Positions 42,654-51,497 of a stretch of 64,000 nt of DNA are shown here, piece after piece. The stretch comes from Pseudomonadales bacterium (lineage in GTDB: Bacteria > Pseudomonadota > Gammaproteobacteria > Pseudomonadales > M0112), in NCBI GenBank assembly GCA_036568505.1, contig DATCSK010000015.1:29688-93687 (forward strand), written 5' to 3'. Made by a program: the position numbers and the translations under genes. Within the stretch, counting starts at the first letter, position 1, and every line of letters starts with the position of its first letter. Below the pieces are notes generated by a model. It was not told the origin of the DNA. It was given only the letters and a program-made list of their open reading frames with translations, and made no database searches.

Positions 42654-44498
42654 ATGCGCGCATTGCCAGTGATTACCGGATTTGGGGGTGTGAACGCCGC
42701 AGGCCGCAGTGGCGGGCACCATGCTTACCGGCGCATGGTGATTGACGCGCTGCCAGAGGCCTTGGCCGAAGAGACATGGCAAGACCTGGCGGCCTTGACC
42801 GGACATAGCCTGGATGCGGACTGGTTATCGGCCAATACCTTGGTGCGGCGCATTGGCAGTGAGTTGTTTGATACCGAGCAAGTGCCCATGAATCGTCGCC
42901 TGCGCTTGCAGCCGGGGCAGGGCGAAAATCAGGTATTTGTATTAAAAAACATGATGCTGCCGGAGGTGTTACCCGCCGGTTGGCAGGTGAAACCATTGGA
43001 TGACAAGCACAGTCTTGTCACGGTGCACGGTGATCTTGAGGTGTTGTTGCCGGACATGCGTGCCGTGACGGTACGGTCAGCCGGTCAGTTGCCCACGGGC
43101 TTCAAACCGGATGCGTTGTATCAGTCGCGCAATCACCCGCGCGGCATTCAAATGACGGTATTCGGTGCCTCCGATGCATTGGGTGTGCTCGGTATCGATT
43201 GGGAGCAAATACGGTCACGCGTATCACCGGATCGCGTGAGTGTGTATGCGGGCAGCGGTATGAGCCAGCTCGACCCGAACGGTAATGGCGGCATGATGAC
43301 CGCGCGGCTGATGGGCAAAAAAGTCACCTCCAAGCATTGCCCGTTTGGTTTTGCCGAGATGCCGGCGGATTTTATCAATGCGTATTTGCTGGGCAGCCTG
43401 GGAAATACCGGCACCAGCATGGGCGCTTGTGCTTCGTTCCTGTACAACCTGCGTATGGCAGTGAGTGATATTCAGACGGGTCGTGCACGGGTTGCGATTG
43501 TCGGTAACAGCGAAGCGCCGATCACGCCGGAAGTGATGGAAGGCTATGCCGCCATGGGTGCCTTGGCCACCGACCAGGACTTGCTGGAACTCGATGGCCG
43601 CACTGAAAATCCGGATCATCGCCGCGCGTGCAGGCCTTTTTCGACGAACCGTGGTTTTACCATTGCCGAATCAGCGCAATTCATTGTGTTGATGGACGAT
43701 GCCTTGGCGCTGGAATTAGGCGCCACCGTGTACGGTGCCGTCAGTGATGTGTTTGTGAATGCCGACGGTTTCAAAAAATCCATTTCAGCGCCCGGTGTCG
43801 GTAATTACCTGACGATGTTCAAGGCGGCGGCGGCGGCGCGTTCATTGATTGGTGAAAAAGCCTTTCGGGAGCGTAGTTTTGTGCAGGCACACGGTACCGG
43901 CACGCCGCAAAATCGCGTGACGGAATCCCATATTCTGAATGAAACCGCGCGCTTGTTCGGCATTCATCATTGGCCGGTTTCGGCAGTAAAAAGTTATCTG
44001 GGGCATTCGATCGGTGCGGCAGCCGGCGATCAACTGGCCGTGACCTTGGGTGTCTGGGCACACGGATGGATTCCGGGCATCAGTACGATCGATCACGTGG
44101 CGGATGATGTGCACGCAGATTATTTACGGATTGATGCTGCGCATCAGGAGGTGGGCGCGCAAGGCATGGACGCGGCCATTCTGAATGCCAAAGGATTTGG
44201 TGGCAATAATGCCAGTGCCTGCGTGTTGGCGCCGCACGTTGTTCAATCCATGCTGCTGAAACGGCACGGGGCGACTGCCATGAAGCAGTGGCAGGGGCGT
44301 AATGACAGCGTGCGCGAGGCAGCGTCGGCTTATGATGTGAAGGCACGCTCAGGCCAGGCCATGCCGCTGTATCTGTTTGATCACGGAGTATTGGAAGGTG
44401 ATCAGTTGCAATACGATGCGCACGGTGTGCGTGTGCCGGGTTACGAACAAATCGTGAGTCTTGATGTTCCGAACGATTACCAGGATATGCTGGATTAA
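42654..44498 (+). CDS. fabY: FabY-type beta-ketoacyl-ACP synthase
   Basis: LPVITGFGGVNAAGRS..HHAYRR, SRNHPRG, GACASFLYNL, AHGTGTPQNRVTES, KGFGGNNA. Confidence 0.85.
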   Translation: MRALPVITGFGGVNAAGRSGGHHAYRRMVIDALPEALAEETWQDLAALTGHSLDADWLSANTLVRRIGSELFDTEQVPMNRRLRLQPGQGENQVFVLKNMMLPEVLPAGWQVKPLDDKHSLVTVHGDLEVLLPDMRAVTVRSAGQLPTGFKPDALYQSRNHPRGIQMTVFGASDALGVLGIDWEQIRSRVSPDRVSVYAGSGMSQLDPNGNGGMMTARLMGKKVTSKHCPFGFAEMPADFINAYLLGSLGNTGTSMGACASFLYNLRMAVSDIQTGRARVAIVGNSEAPITPEVMEGYAAMGALATDQDLLELDGRTENPDHRRACRPFSTNRGFTIAESAQFIVLMDDALALELGATVYGAVSDVFVNADGFKKSISAPGVGNYLTMFKAAAAARSLIGEKAFRERSFVQAHGTGTPQNRVTESHILNETARLFGIHHWPVSAVKSYLGHSIGAAAGDQLAVTLGVWAHGWIPGISTIDHVADDVHADYLRIDAAHQEVGAQGMDAAILNAKGFGGNNASACVLAPHVVQSMLLKRHGATAMKQWQGRNDSVREAASAYDVKARSGQAMPLYLFDHGVLEGDQLQYDAHGVRVPGYEQIVSLDVPNDYQDMLD

Positions 44499-44508
44499 GG
44501 AGACCGTA

Positions 44509-45018
44509 ATGGCCACTGAAGCAAAGTACAGTGTTGTGATTGATATGCCGGTTGATCAGGCGTGGAATAAGCTGCGTGATTTATCGCAGGCGCATCATTA
44601 CGTGCCGGGTTTAACACGTACCGAAATGACCACAGAAGCCCGCGAGTGTGTTGGTGCCAGTCGCCGTGTGTATGGACGGCAGTCGGGAATGAAAGTAGAA
44701 ATGGATGAAACGGTCACGCAGTGGCGCGATGGCAGTGGTTTTCGTATCCGCCTGCACAAAGGTGAAAAATCCGCGCCGCCGTTCAAGGACGGCTGGTTTG
44801 ATTACAGTGTGGCGGCCGAAGGCGATAAAACACACCTGACCTGTGTGCTGGGGTTTACCATGCCGGGCGGTCCACTGGCCGGCTTGTTTGAAAAATTACT
44901 CAAGCCCATCATTGCCGGCAGTGTGCGTCAGGTCGCACTGAGCTTGAAGCATTGGTATGAAACCGGTACCAAGCCGACCGATGCCGATCGCCGCCGTTTG
45001 CGCCAGCAGGGCTTCTGA
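44509..45018 (+). CDS. SRPBCC/START-like ligand-binding protein
   Basis: AW..LRD......YVPG, VGASR.V, ETVTQW pattern; RBS AAGGAG. Confidence 0.75.
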   Translation: MATEAKYSVVIDMPVDQAWNKLRDLSQAHHYVPGLTRTEMTTEARECVGASRRVYGRQSGMKVEMDETVTQWRDGSGFRIRLHKGEKSAPPFKDGWFDYSVAAEGDKTHLTCVLGFTMPGGPLAGLFEKLLKPIIAGSVRQVALSLKHWYETGTKPTDADRRRLRQQGF

Positions 45019-45022
45019 TCGC

Positions 45023-45865
45023 ATGCCTTCAGCCATTTCGACAAACCCGGTGATATTGCGTGTGCCGGGTTTTTTGCATTCGGCCCAACTGTATGTGCAC
45101 AACGACCGCGATACGGTGATTTCACCCGTGTTGCTGCGCGACCAATGCTGGGAGCCACTGGAATCAGAGGTGCTGTGTCGCGCACTCAAGCCGGGTGATG
45201 CCGTGCTGGATGTCGGCGCGAATATAGGTTACTTCACCATGCTATCGGCATTGTCGGTGGGTGATGGGGGGCGTGTGTGGGCTTTTGAGCCAGAGCCTTT
45301 TAATGTCGATCTGTTGCAGCGCAATGTGGTGCTGAATGATGTGCATCAGGTCGAGATTGTTGCTGCCGCGTTAGGTGATCATGCAGGCGAAATGCCACTT
45401 TTCTTATCGAGTCATAATGCCGGTGATCATTCACTCACGGCAGCCGCAGACCGTGATGCCGTGGTAGTAAACGTGATGCGAGGCGATGACTGTCTGCCAG
45501 CAGATATTATTGTGCAGCTGATTAAAATTGATGTGCAAGGTGCGGAGCCTGCGGTGCTGGCCGGTTTGTCGGCTGTTATTGAGCGCAGTTTGCCTGATGT
45601 GCGCTTGATGATTGAATTCTGTCCGCAGGCCATGGATCGTTATGCACCGAACAGCGCCGATCAATTGTTGGTGTTGTTGCGTCGTTGGGATTTGCCGATC
45701 TACGTGATTGACCACTGGCGCAATGCCTTGGTGGAGACCACGGTCGCTTATTTAAATGACTGGTTGCGTGCGTGCAGGGCAGAGTCCGATGACGAAGGGT
45801 TCTTTAATTTGTTGATTGGTGAACCGCCAGAAGGGATCCGGCGGTTCACCGTGTGCGGATGTTAG
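45023..45865 (+). CDS. FkbM family methyltransferase
   Basis: LDVGANIGYFT, AFEPEP, IKIDVQGAE; start approximate. Confidence 0.88.
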   Translation: MPSAISTNPVILRVPGFLHSAQLYVHNDRDTVISPVLLRDQCWEPLESEVLCRALKPGDAVLDVGANIGYFTMLSALSVGDGGRVWAFEPEPFNVDLLQRNVVLNDVHQVEIVAAALGDHAGEMPLFLSSHNAGDHSLTAAADRDAVVVNVMRGDDCLPADIIVQLIKIDVQGAEPAVLAGLSAVIERSLPDVRLMIEFCPQAMDRYAPNSADQLLVLLRRWDLPIYVIDHWRNALVETTVAYLNDWLRACRAESDDEGFFNLLIGEPPEGIRRFTVCGC

Positions 45866-45872
45866 ATGCAGC

Positions 45873-47021
45873 CTAAAACATGGTGCCGGGGTTGTCGCTT
45901 TCATCCACCACCACTTCCAATGACATGCTGTTGCTTTTTCCGCCTTCACTGTTGAGTTTGCCTTCATCGGCCAGTTTTATTTTCAAGCGGACGTTGTTGG
46001 CCGAGTCAGCATTTTTGATGGCTTCATCCAAGCTGATGCGCCCTTGTCGGTACAGGTTAATCAAGGCGTTATCAAACGTTTGCATGCCGGCATTTTGTGA
46101 TTTTTCCATGATTTCTTTAATGCTTTCGAACTCGCCTTTTAGAATCAGGTCTTGAATCATGGGCGTGCCAAGCAAAATTTCAACGGCGGCGCAGCGCTTG
46201 CCGTCGACCGTTGGGATCAGTCGTTGCGACACAAAAGCGCGAAGGTTCATGGATAAGTCCATCAGCAATTGATTGCGTCGTTCTTCGGGGAAGAAGTTGA
46301 TGATGCGATCAAGTGCCTGGTTGGCATTGTTGGCGTGTAAGGTTGAAATGGCCAAGTGGCCGGTTTCGGCAAATGCCAGCGCGTGCTCCATGGTTTCACG
46401 ATCACGAATCTCGCCAATCAAAATCACATCGGGCGCTTGGCGCAAGGTGTTTTTCAGCGCGTCTTGATAGCTGCGTGTATCAACACCCACTTCGCGTTGA
46501 TTGACGACGCAGCGTTTGTGCCGGTGCACGTATTCAATCGGGTCTTCAATGGTGATGATGTGCCCGCCGGCAGTGCTGTTGCGATGATCAATCAAGGCTG
46601 CCAGTGATGTGGATTTGCCGGAGCCGGTTGCACCCACGAACAGTACCAGGCCTCGTTTGGTGGTAATGACGTCTTTTAGCACGGGGGGCAGGCCGAGATC
46701 GTCGAGTTGCGGAATGTCCATTTTGATGTTGCGTGCGACGATGGAGATTTCATTGCGCTGGCGAAAAATGTTCACACGAAAGCGACCGACTTGGGGAATG
46801 GAAATAGCCAAATTCATTTCCAGTTCGCGTTCGAATTGCTGCTGTTGCTCTTCGTCCATGATGGCCCAGGCAATGTCTTTCACTTTGCCGGGTGGCATGG
46901 CTTCTTTTTCCAGTGGTTTCAGCGTGCCATGGAACTTGGCGCAGGGTGGGGCGCCGGTGCTGAGGTAGAGATCCGAGCCATCCTTGGCAGAGAGGATTTT
47001 CAAATAGTCATTAAATTCCAT
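45873..47021 (-). CDS. pilU: PilT/PilU family retraction ATPase (PilU-like)
   Basis: SDLYLSTGAPP, GATGSGKST, TIEDPIE, LRQAPDVILIGEIRD, TLHANNANQALDRIINFF. Confidence 0.85.
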   Translation of the reverse strand: MEFNDYLKILSAKDGSDLYLSTGAPPCAKFHGTLKPLEKEAMPPGKVKDIAWAIMDEEQQQQFERELEMNLAISIPQVGRFRVNIFRQRNEISIVARNIKMDIPQLDDLGLPPVLKDVITTKRGLVLFVGATGSGKSTSLAALIDHRNSTAGGHIITIEDPIEYVHRHKRCVVNQREVGVDTRSYQDALKNTLRQAPDVILIGEIRDRETMEHALAFAETGHLAISTLHANNANQALDRIINFFPEERRNQLLMDLSMNLRAFVSQRLIPTVDGKRCAAVEILLGTPMIQDLILKGEFESIKEIMEKSQNAGMQTFDNALINLYRQGRISLDEAIKNADSANNVRLKIKLADEGKLNSEGGKSNSMSLEVVVDESDNPGTMF

Positions 47022-47206
47022 GGATGCACTCCTGGAGCTGTCGTTATTATGAATAGCCGGGTAAGGGCACTACGGAAACACCTGACTATAGATAGACTAA
47101 AAATGGATTTTTTGCCAATTGATTCACAGTTTGCGCGCGGTCAATGACATGGCGCCAGATGTCTTTATACTAATTAAATCAATGTGATAGCGATAAGGGT
47201 TCAATT

Positions 47207-48994
47207 ATGACGCACGACTCTTCTGCTGCCAGTGAAGAAGCGCTTATTTTGACCGAGGACGGCTTCCCGCTGATTCATAATGCCAGGGAGCTGAAAAGTT
47301 TCATTTGCCAGCCGGGCCGTCAAGAGTACAAGCCCATTGGCCGGTTGCTCATTGAGGAATCGTTGATTACCCCGGAGCAGCTTCGAGCGGCGCACCAGCG
47401 AGCCCGCAATGGCCGTTCGGGTGCCGACCTGATCAATGCCCTGAAGGCTCTGGGTCACGTCTCGGATGCCGATATCCGGCAGGTCATGATCCGGCATCTG
47501 CAGCTGCCTTGGGTCAAACTGCGTGACTTTGATGTTCAGCCGACGATCGTGAATTTATTGCCCGTCGATGTGGCTCGCCAACGGCATGTGATGCCATTGA
47601 TGGAGTGCGGGCAGCGGCTGGTCGTTGCCATGGAAGACCCGTTTGATAACGAGGCATTGGACGTGCTGCATTTTGTGACCGGGCACCCCATTGAGGTGGC
47701 CGTGGCCAGTCGGGGCGATATTGAATATGCGATTGGCAAGCATTATGGGTCGCATGATGTCGCTGACGTCATGGAAGAGATGGCTTCATCGGGCAGTGCC
47801 ACCGAACCGGATGTCAGTGCCGAGGACATCTTGCGCATGGGGCAGGAGCGCCCGATTGTCCGTTTTGTGCAAAACCTGATTATGGATGCCATCCATGCGC
47901 GCGCTTCGGATATTCATATTCGGCCACGAGAGAAGACGGTGGATCTTTATTACCGTATTGATGGTTCGCTGGTAAAAATTCGCAGCTTTGACCGGGCGTT
48001 ATTGCCTGCGGTGGTCAGTCGCATCAAAATTATCGGTGGCATGGATATCGCCGAGCATCGGGTGCCCCAGGACGGGCGCTCAAAAATTCGACACGATGCC
48101 AACACGATCGATTTGCGGTTATCGATTTTGCCCTCCATTCACGGCGAGAGTGTCGTTATCCGGATTCTGGATACGCAAGCCGGTTTGAGAACGCTTGATG
48201 AAATCGGGTTCACCGGGCCGGACCGTGACCGATTTACGGATTTGCTCATGCACAATAACGGCATGATTCTGGTCACCGGTCCAACCGGATCGGGTAAAAG
48301 CACAACGCTGTATGCCGCGTTGCAAAAATTGCGCGCAAGCAATGTGAATATTATTACGGTTGAAGACCCGGTTGAATATCACGTGGATGGCGTGGTGCAA
48401 ATTCAGGTGCGGAATATTACCGGCTACACCTTTGCGCGGGCGTTGCGGCATATTCTTCGCCATGACCCCGATGTCATCATGGTGGGCGAAATTCGAGACC
48501 TTGAAACAGCACGCATGGCCGTGGAAAGTTCACTGACCGGGCACATTGTGTTATCGACTTTGCATACCAACAGTGCTGCGGCAACGATTACACGCTTGTT
48601 GGAAATCGGTATTGAGCCGTATCTGGTGAATACCAGTTTGCTTGGCGTGCTGGCACAACGTCTGGTGCGTTTGAACTGCGCGCACTGCAAAGAACAGGAA
48701 GCGGTGGATCCGCTGGTGCGTAAAATGATGAAGGTCTCTGAAGATGAGGTTTTCTGGAAAGGCAAAGGTTGTGGGCTGTGTCATGACACCGGCTATCACG
48801 GGCGTCGCGCCGTGTATGAATTGCTGTCGGTGACACCTGTATTGCGCCGCTCTATTGTCGAGGGAGCCAATGTCGAGACGATTGAGCAGCAAGCCATAGC
48901 GGATGGCATGACGCCATTGACACAGTGTGCTCTGGATCTTGCGCGAGCGGGTGAAACCTCGTTAGAAGAGGTGTACCGTATTCGTTTGCAATAA
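47207..48994 (+). CDS. GspE/PilB family secretion/extension ATPase with MshEN-like N-terminus
   Basis: ASDIHI, PQDGR, GPTGSGKST, RHDPDVIMVGEIRD, CxxC...CxxC. Confidence 0.9.
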   Translation: MTHDSSAASEEALILTEDGFPLIHNARELKSFICQPGRQEYKPIGRLLIEESLITPEQLRAAHQRARNGRSGADLINALKALGHVSDADIRQVMIRHLQLPWVKLRDFDVQPTIVNLLPVDVARQRHVMPLMECGQRLVVAMEDPFDNEALDVLHFVTGHPIEVAVASRGDIEYAIGKHYGSHDVADVMEEMASSGSATEPDVSAEDILRMGQERPIVRFVQNLIMDAIHARASDIHIRPREKTVDLYYRIDGSLVKIRSFDRALLPAVVSRIKIIGGMDIAEHRVPQDGRSKIRHDANTIDLRLSILPSIHGESVVIRILDTQAGLRTLDEIGFTGPDRDRFTDLLMHNNGMILVTGPTGSGKSTTLYAALQKLRASNVNIITVEDPVEYHVDGVVQIQVRNITGYTFARALRHILRHDPDVIMVGEIRDLETARMAVESSLTGHIVLSTLHTNSAAATITRLLEIGIEPYLVNTSLLGVLAQRLVRLNCAHCKEQEAVDPLVRKMMKVSEDEVFWKGKGCGLCHDTGYHGRRAVYELLSVTPVLRRSIVEGANVETIEQQAIADGMTPLTQCALDLARAGETSLEEVYRIRLQ

Positions 48995-49005
48995 GGGATG
49001 TGCTC

Positions 49006-49563
49006 ATGGATACGATGGATGCACTGCTGCAGCGTCACAGCTGCAATAAATTGACCGAGCCGGCACCGGATGCCGATCAATTACGCTTCATTCAGCAAGC
49101 CGCGCTGCGCGCACCCGATCATGCACGGTTACGACCGTGGCGTTTTCTGGTGATTGCCGGCGAAGGGCGCGTGCAGCTCGGTGACGCGATGGTCGATATT
49201 TTATTGGCCGATCAGCCATCGGCTGACGCCGATCAGCAGCAGCGCACGCGGGCCAAGCCGTTGCGGGCGCCGATGATAATTGTCGCGATTGCGCGCATTC
49301 AGAATCACCCCAAAGTGCCGGCAATGGAGCAAGTCTTGTCGGCAGGCTGTGCCATGCATGCCATGTTGTTAGCAGCATTCGCGCAGGGTTTGGGTGCTAT
49401 TTGGAGAACAGGGCCGCTGGCGAGTGATACGCGGCTGCATGCCAAATTGGGTTTGGCTGCCGGTGAAACCATTATTGGATTCTTGTATTTGGGAACGCCG
49501 GCGTTATCGATGCCGGAAACGCTGCGGCCGGCGGTGGATGAGCACTTTAGTCATTGGCCTTGA
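49006..49563 (+). CDS. YdjA-like nitroreductase
   Basis: RAPDHARLRPWRF, RAPMII, AIWRTG, GFLYLGT. Confidence 0.88.
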   Translation: MDTMDALLQRHSCNKLTEPAPDADQLRFIQQAALRAPDHARLRPWRFLVIAGEGRVQLGDAMVDILLADQPSADADQQQRTRAKPLRAPMIIVAIARIQNHPKVPAMEQVLSAGCAMHAMLLAAFAQGLGAIWRTGPLASDTRLHAKLGLAAGETIIGFLYLGTPALSMPETLRPAVDEHFSHWP

Positions 49564-50167
49564 TGCCTTCGGCTTCGAGCAGGGCTGTTTTAACGGCTGG
49601 CCCGCCCCAGTGATAATGACCGATGCCTTGCACGGGCAGTACGCGGTGGCAGGGAATCCAGCCGCCCAATGGGTTTTGCCCGACGGCATGACCGACTGCG
49701 CGCGATGCGCCGGGTTGACCGATGGCGGCCGCGATCGCACCGTAGGTAACCAGCCAGCCTCTGGGAATACGCACTAATTGCTGCCAGACACGATGCTGGA
49801 ACGGTGTGCCAACGGCAATCAATGTGCCGGGGGGCGGTTGTTGCTGCTGCCACGCATCAAGCCATTGGCGCGTTTGCGGATGAGCCGGTTTGGCCAAGCC
49901 GTTGCGTTGTTCGAGCTGCTGTTGGGCCATGGCCATGGCATTGCCTGCAAAGTGCAGTGCATAAAGGGCTGTCGGGGTGCAGCACAGTAGAACCGGACCG
50001 AATGCGCTGTGATGGGTATAGAGTGCTGGCGGTGTTTCGGGCCATTGAGGCTGCCACTGAATGGGTGGTGTCGGGCAGGCCGGCACGGGCTCTATGGCGG
50101 TACGGCCATGCAGGCCGAGTTTAAAGCCATACAAGGGTGAGCCGTTTATGAGTGGTTTGGGTACCAT
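49547..50167 (-). CDS. ogt: Methylated-DNA--protein-cysteine methyltransferase
   Basis: GTPFQ..VW, TYG.IA, ASRAVG, IPCHRV; start uncertain (ATG 50167 or GTG 50086). Confidence 0.85.
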   Translation of the reverse strand: MVPKPLINGSPLYGFKLGLHGRTAIEPVPACPTPPIQWQPQWPETPPALYTHHSAFGPVLLCCTPTALYALHFAGNAMAMAQQQLEQRNGLAKPAHPQTRQWLDAWQQQQPPPGTLIAVGTPFQHRVWQQLVRIPRGWLVTYGAIAAAIGQPGASRAVGHAVGQNPLGGWIPCHRVLPVQGIGHYHWGGPAVKTALLEAEGIKAND

Positions 50168-50891
50168 GGATCAGCATCTCCGGGAAATACATCGGGCTTT
50201 ACACCCGCATCGCAGGCCGAATCCATTTGCCAGCGATCTGTTCAACAGTCGTTTTGCAGTATGGCATGTTCCTGCGGCCATGCAGCGTCAGCTATCGCGT
50301 TCGGGGTACGGATTTTCATCGGCCAGTCACGCACGGCAGCGCAATATTTGGCGGCATGTATGGGAAAATGCCGGGGTATTGGAGTTGCGACTGCAATGCC
50401 TGTGGCCGCTGTTGATGGCCTCGCGTGAACAGCGCATGAAGCAATGGCGCGATATTCAATGGTTTTGCGCACGCATCGAGAACTGGTGCGAGGCCGATTA
50501 TCTGGCATCCATGACGGCTCAATGCCTGGAGCAACAACCCTCGAGGGTGTTGCCGGTTTTACAACGTTGGAATCGGCACCGCGATCCGTGGCTGCGCAGG
50601 CAATCGCTGACCGGTCTGTTTTACTACCAGCGCTTGCGTGGTCAGCAGCCACCGCTGGAGAGTGTGCTGGCGCATCTGGAATCGCAACTGGACGCGCCGG
50701 AGCACTATGTACAAAAAGCGGTAGGCTGGGTGTTGCGAGAGGCGTGGCAGGTTTATCCGCAACAGTTGCAGCGTTGGTTGGCCGGGCGGCTTGCGCGCAT
50801 GCAGTCGGCCGCGTTAACGACCATGCTGGAAAAGGCCAATGCGGAAGAGACACGTGATTGGCGAATGCAGCATCGGCTGGCGCAGCGCTGA
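50148..50891 (+). CDS. AlkD-like DNA alkylation repair protein
   Basis: IENW...D, W.RR.SL, YVQKAVGWVLRE motifs. Confidence 0.78.
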   Translation: MSGLGTMDQHLREIHRALHPHRRPNPFASDLFNSRFAVWHVPAAMQRQLSRSGYGFSSASHARQRNIWRHVWENAGVLELRLQCLWPLLMASREQRMKQWRDIQWFCARIENWCEADYLASMTAQCLEQQPSRVLPVLQRWNRHRDPWLRRQSLTGLFYYQRLRGQQPPLESVLAHLESQLDAPEHYVQKAVGWVLREAWQVYPQQLQRWLAGRLARMQSAALTTMLEKANAEETRDWRMQHRLAQR

Positions 50892-50915
50892 TGATGGATA
50901 GCCTTAAAAGGAGGC

Positions 50916-51497
50916 ATGATGCAAACAACCGTATTTACGACGCCCGTGGTCAATGCCGTCTTTCGCTGGTTGGCCAATGGCTGTCTGTGGCTATCGGGTT
51001 GGCGTGTGACGGGTGAGTTGCCGGTGAATGAACCGAAGTATGTACTGATCGGTGCGCCACATACGAGCAATTGGGATTTTCTCTTAATGCTGCTGGCTGT
51101 GTTGCATAAACGCATGGATATCCACTGGATGGGCAAGGACAGCCTGTTTCGTGGTCCGTTAGGGCCCGTGATGCGTTGGTTGGGTGGCATTGCCATTGAT
51201 CGCAGCCAAGCCAATGGTCTGGTCGATCAAATGGTTGCGGTGTATCAGCAAAGTGCGGCCATGGTGGTGACGATCCCACCAGAAGGCACGCGTAAAAAAG
51301 TCGAGCGTTGGAAAACCGGGTTCTATTGGATTGCGCATAAGGCCGGCGTGCCGATTGTTCTTGGTTATGCTGATTTTGGCAGAAAAGAAGTGGGGTTCGG
51401 TCCGTTGTTTTATCCAACGGGCGACATTGCTCGGGACATGCCGCTGATCCAGGCGTTTTATCAGGATAAGCAGGCAAAGCACCCGGCGCTTTTCTAG
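50916..51497 (+). CDS. Lysophospholipid acyltransferase (PlsC-like)
   Basis: APHTSNWDF, PEGTR, WKTGFY.IA. Confidence 0.9.
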   Translation: MMQTTVFTTPVVNAVFRWLANGCLWLSGWRVTGELPVNEPKYVLIGAPHTSNWDFLLMLLAVLHKRMDIHWMGKDSLFRGPLGPVMRWLGGIAIDRSQANGLVDQMVAVYQQSAAMVVTIPPEGTRKKVERWKTGFYWIAHKAGVPIVLGYADFGRKEVGFGPLFYPTGDIARDMPLIQAFYQDKQAKHPALF

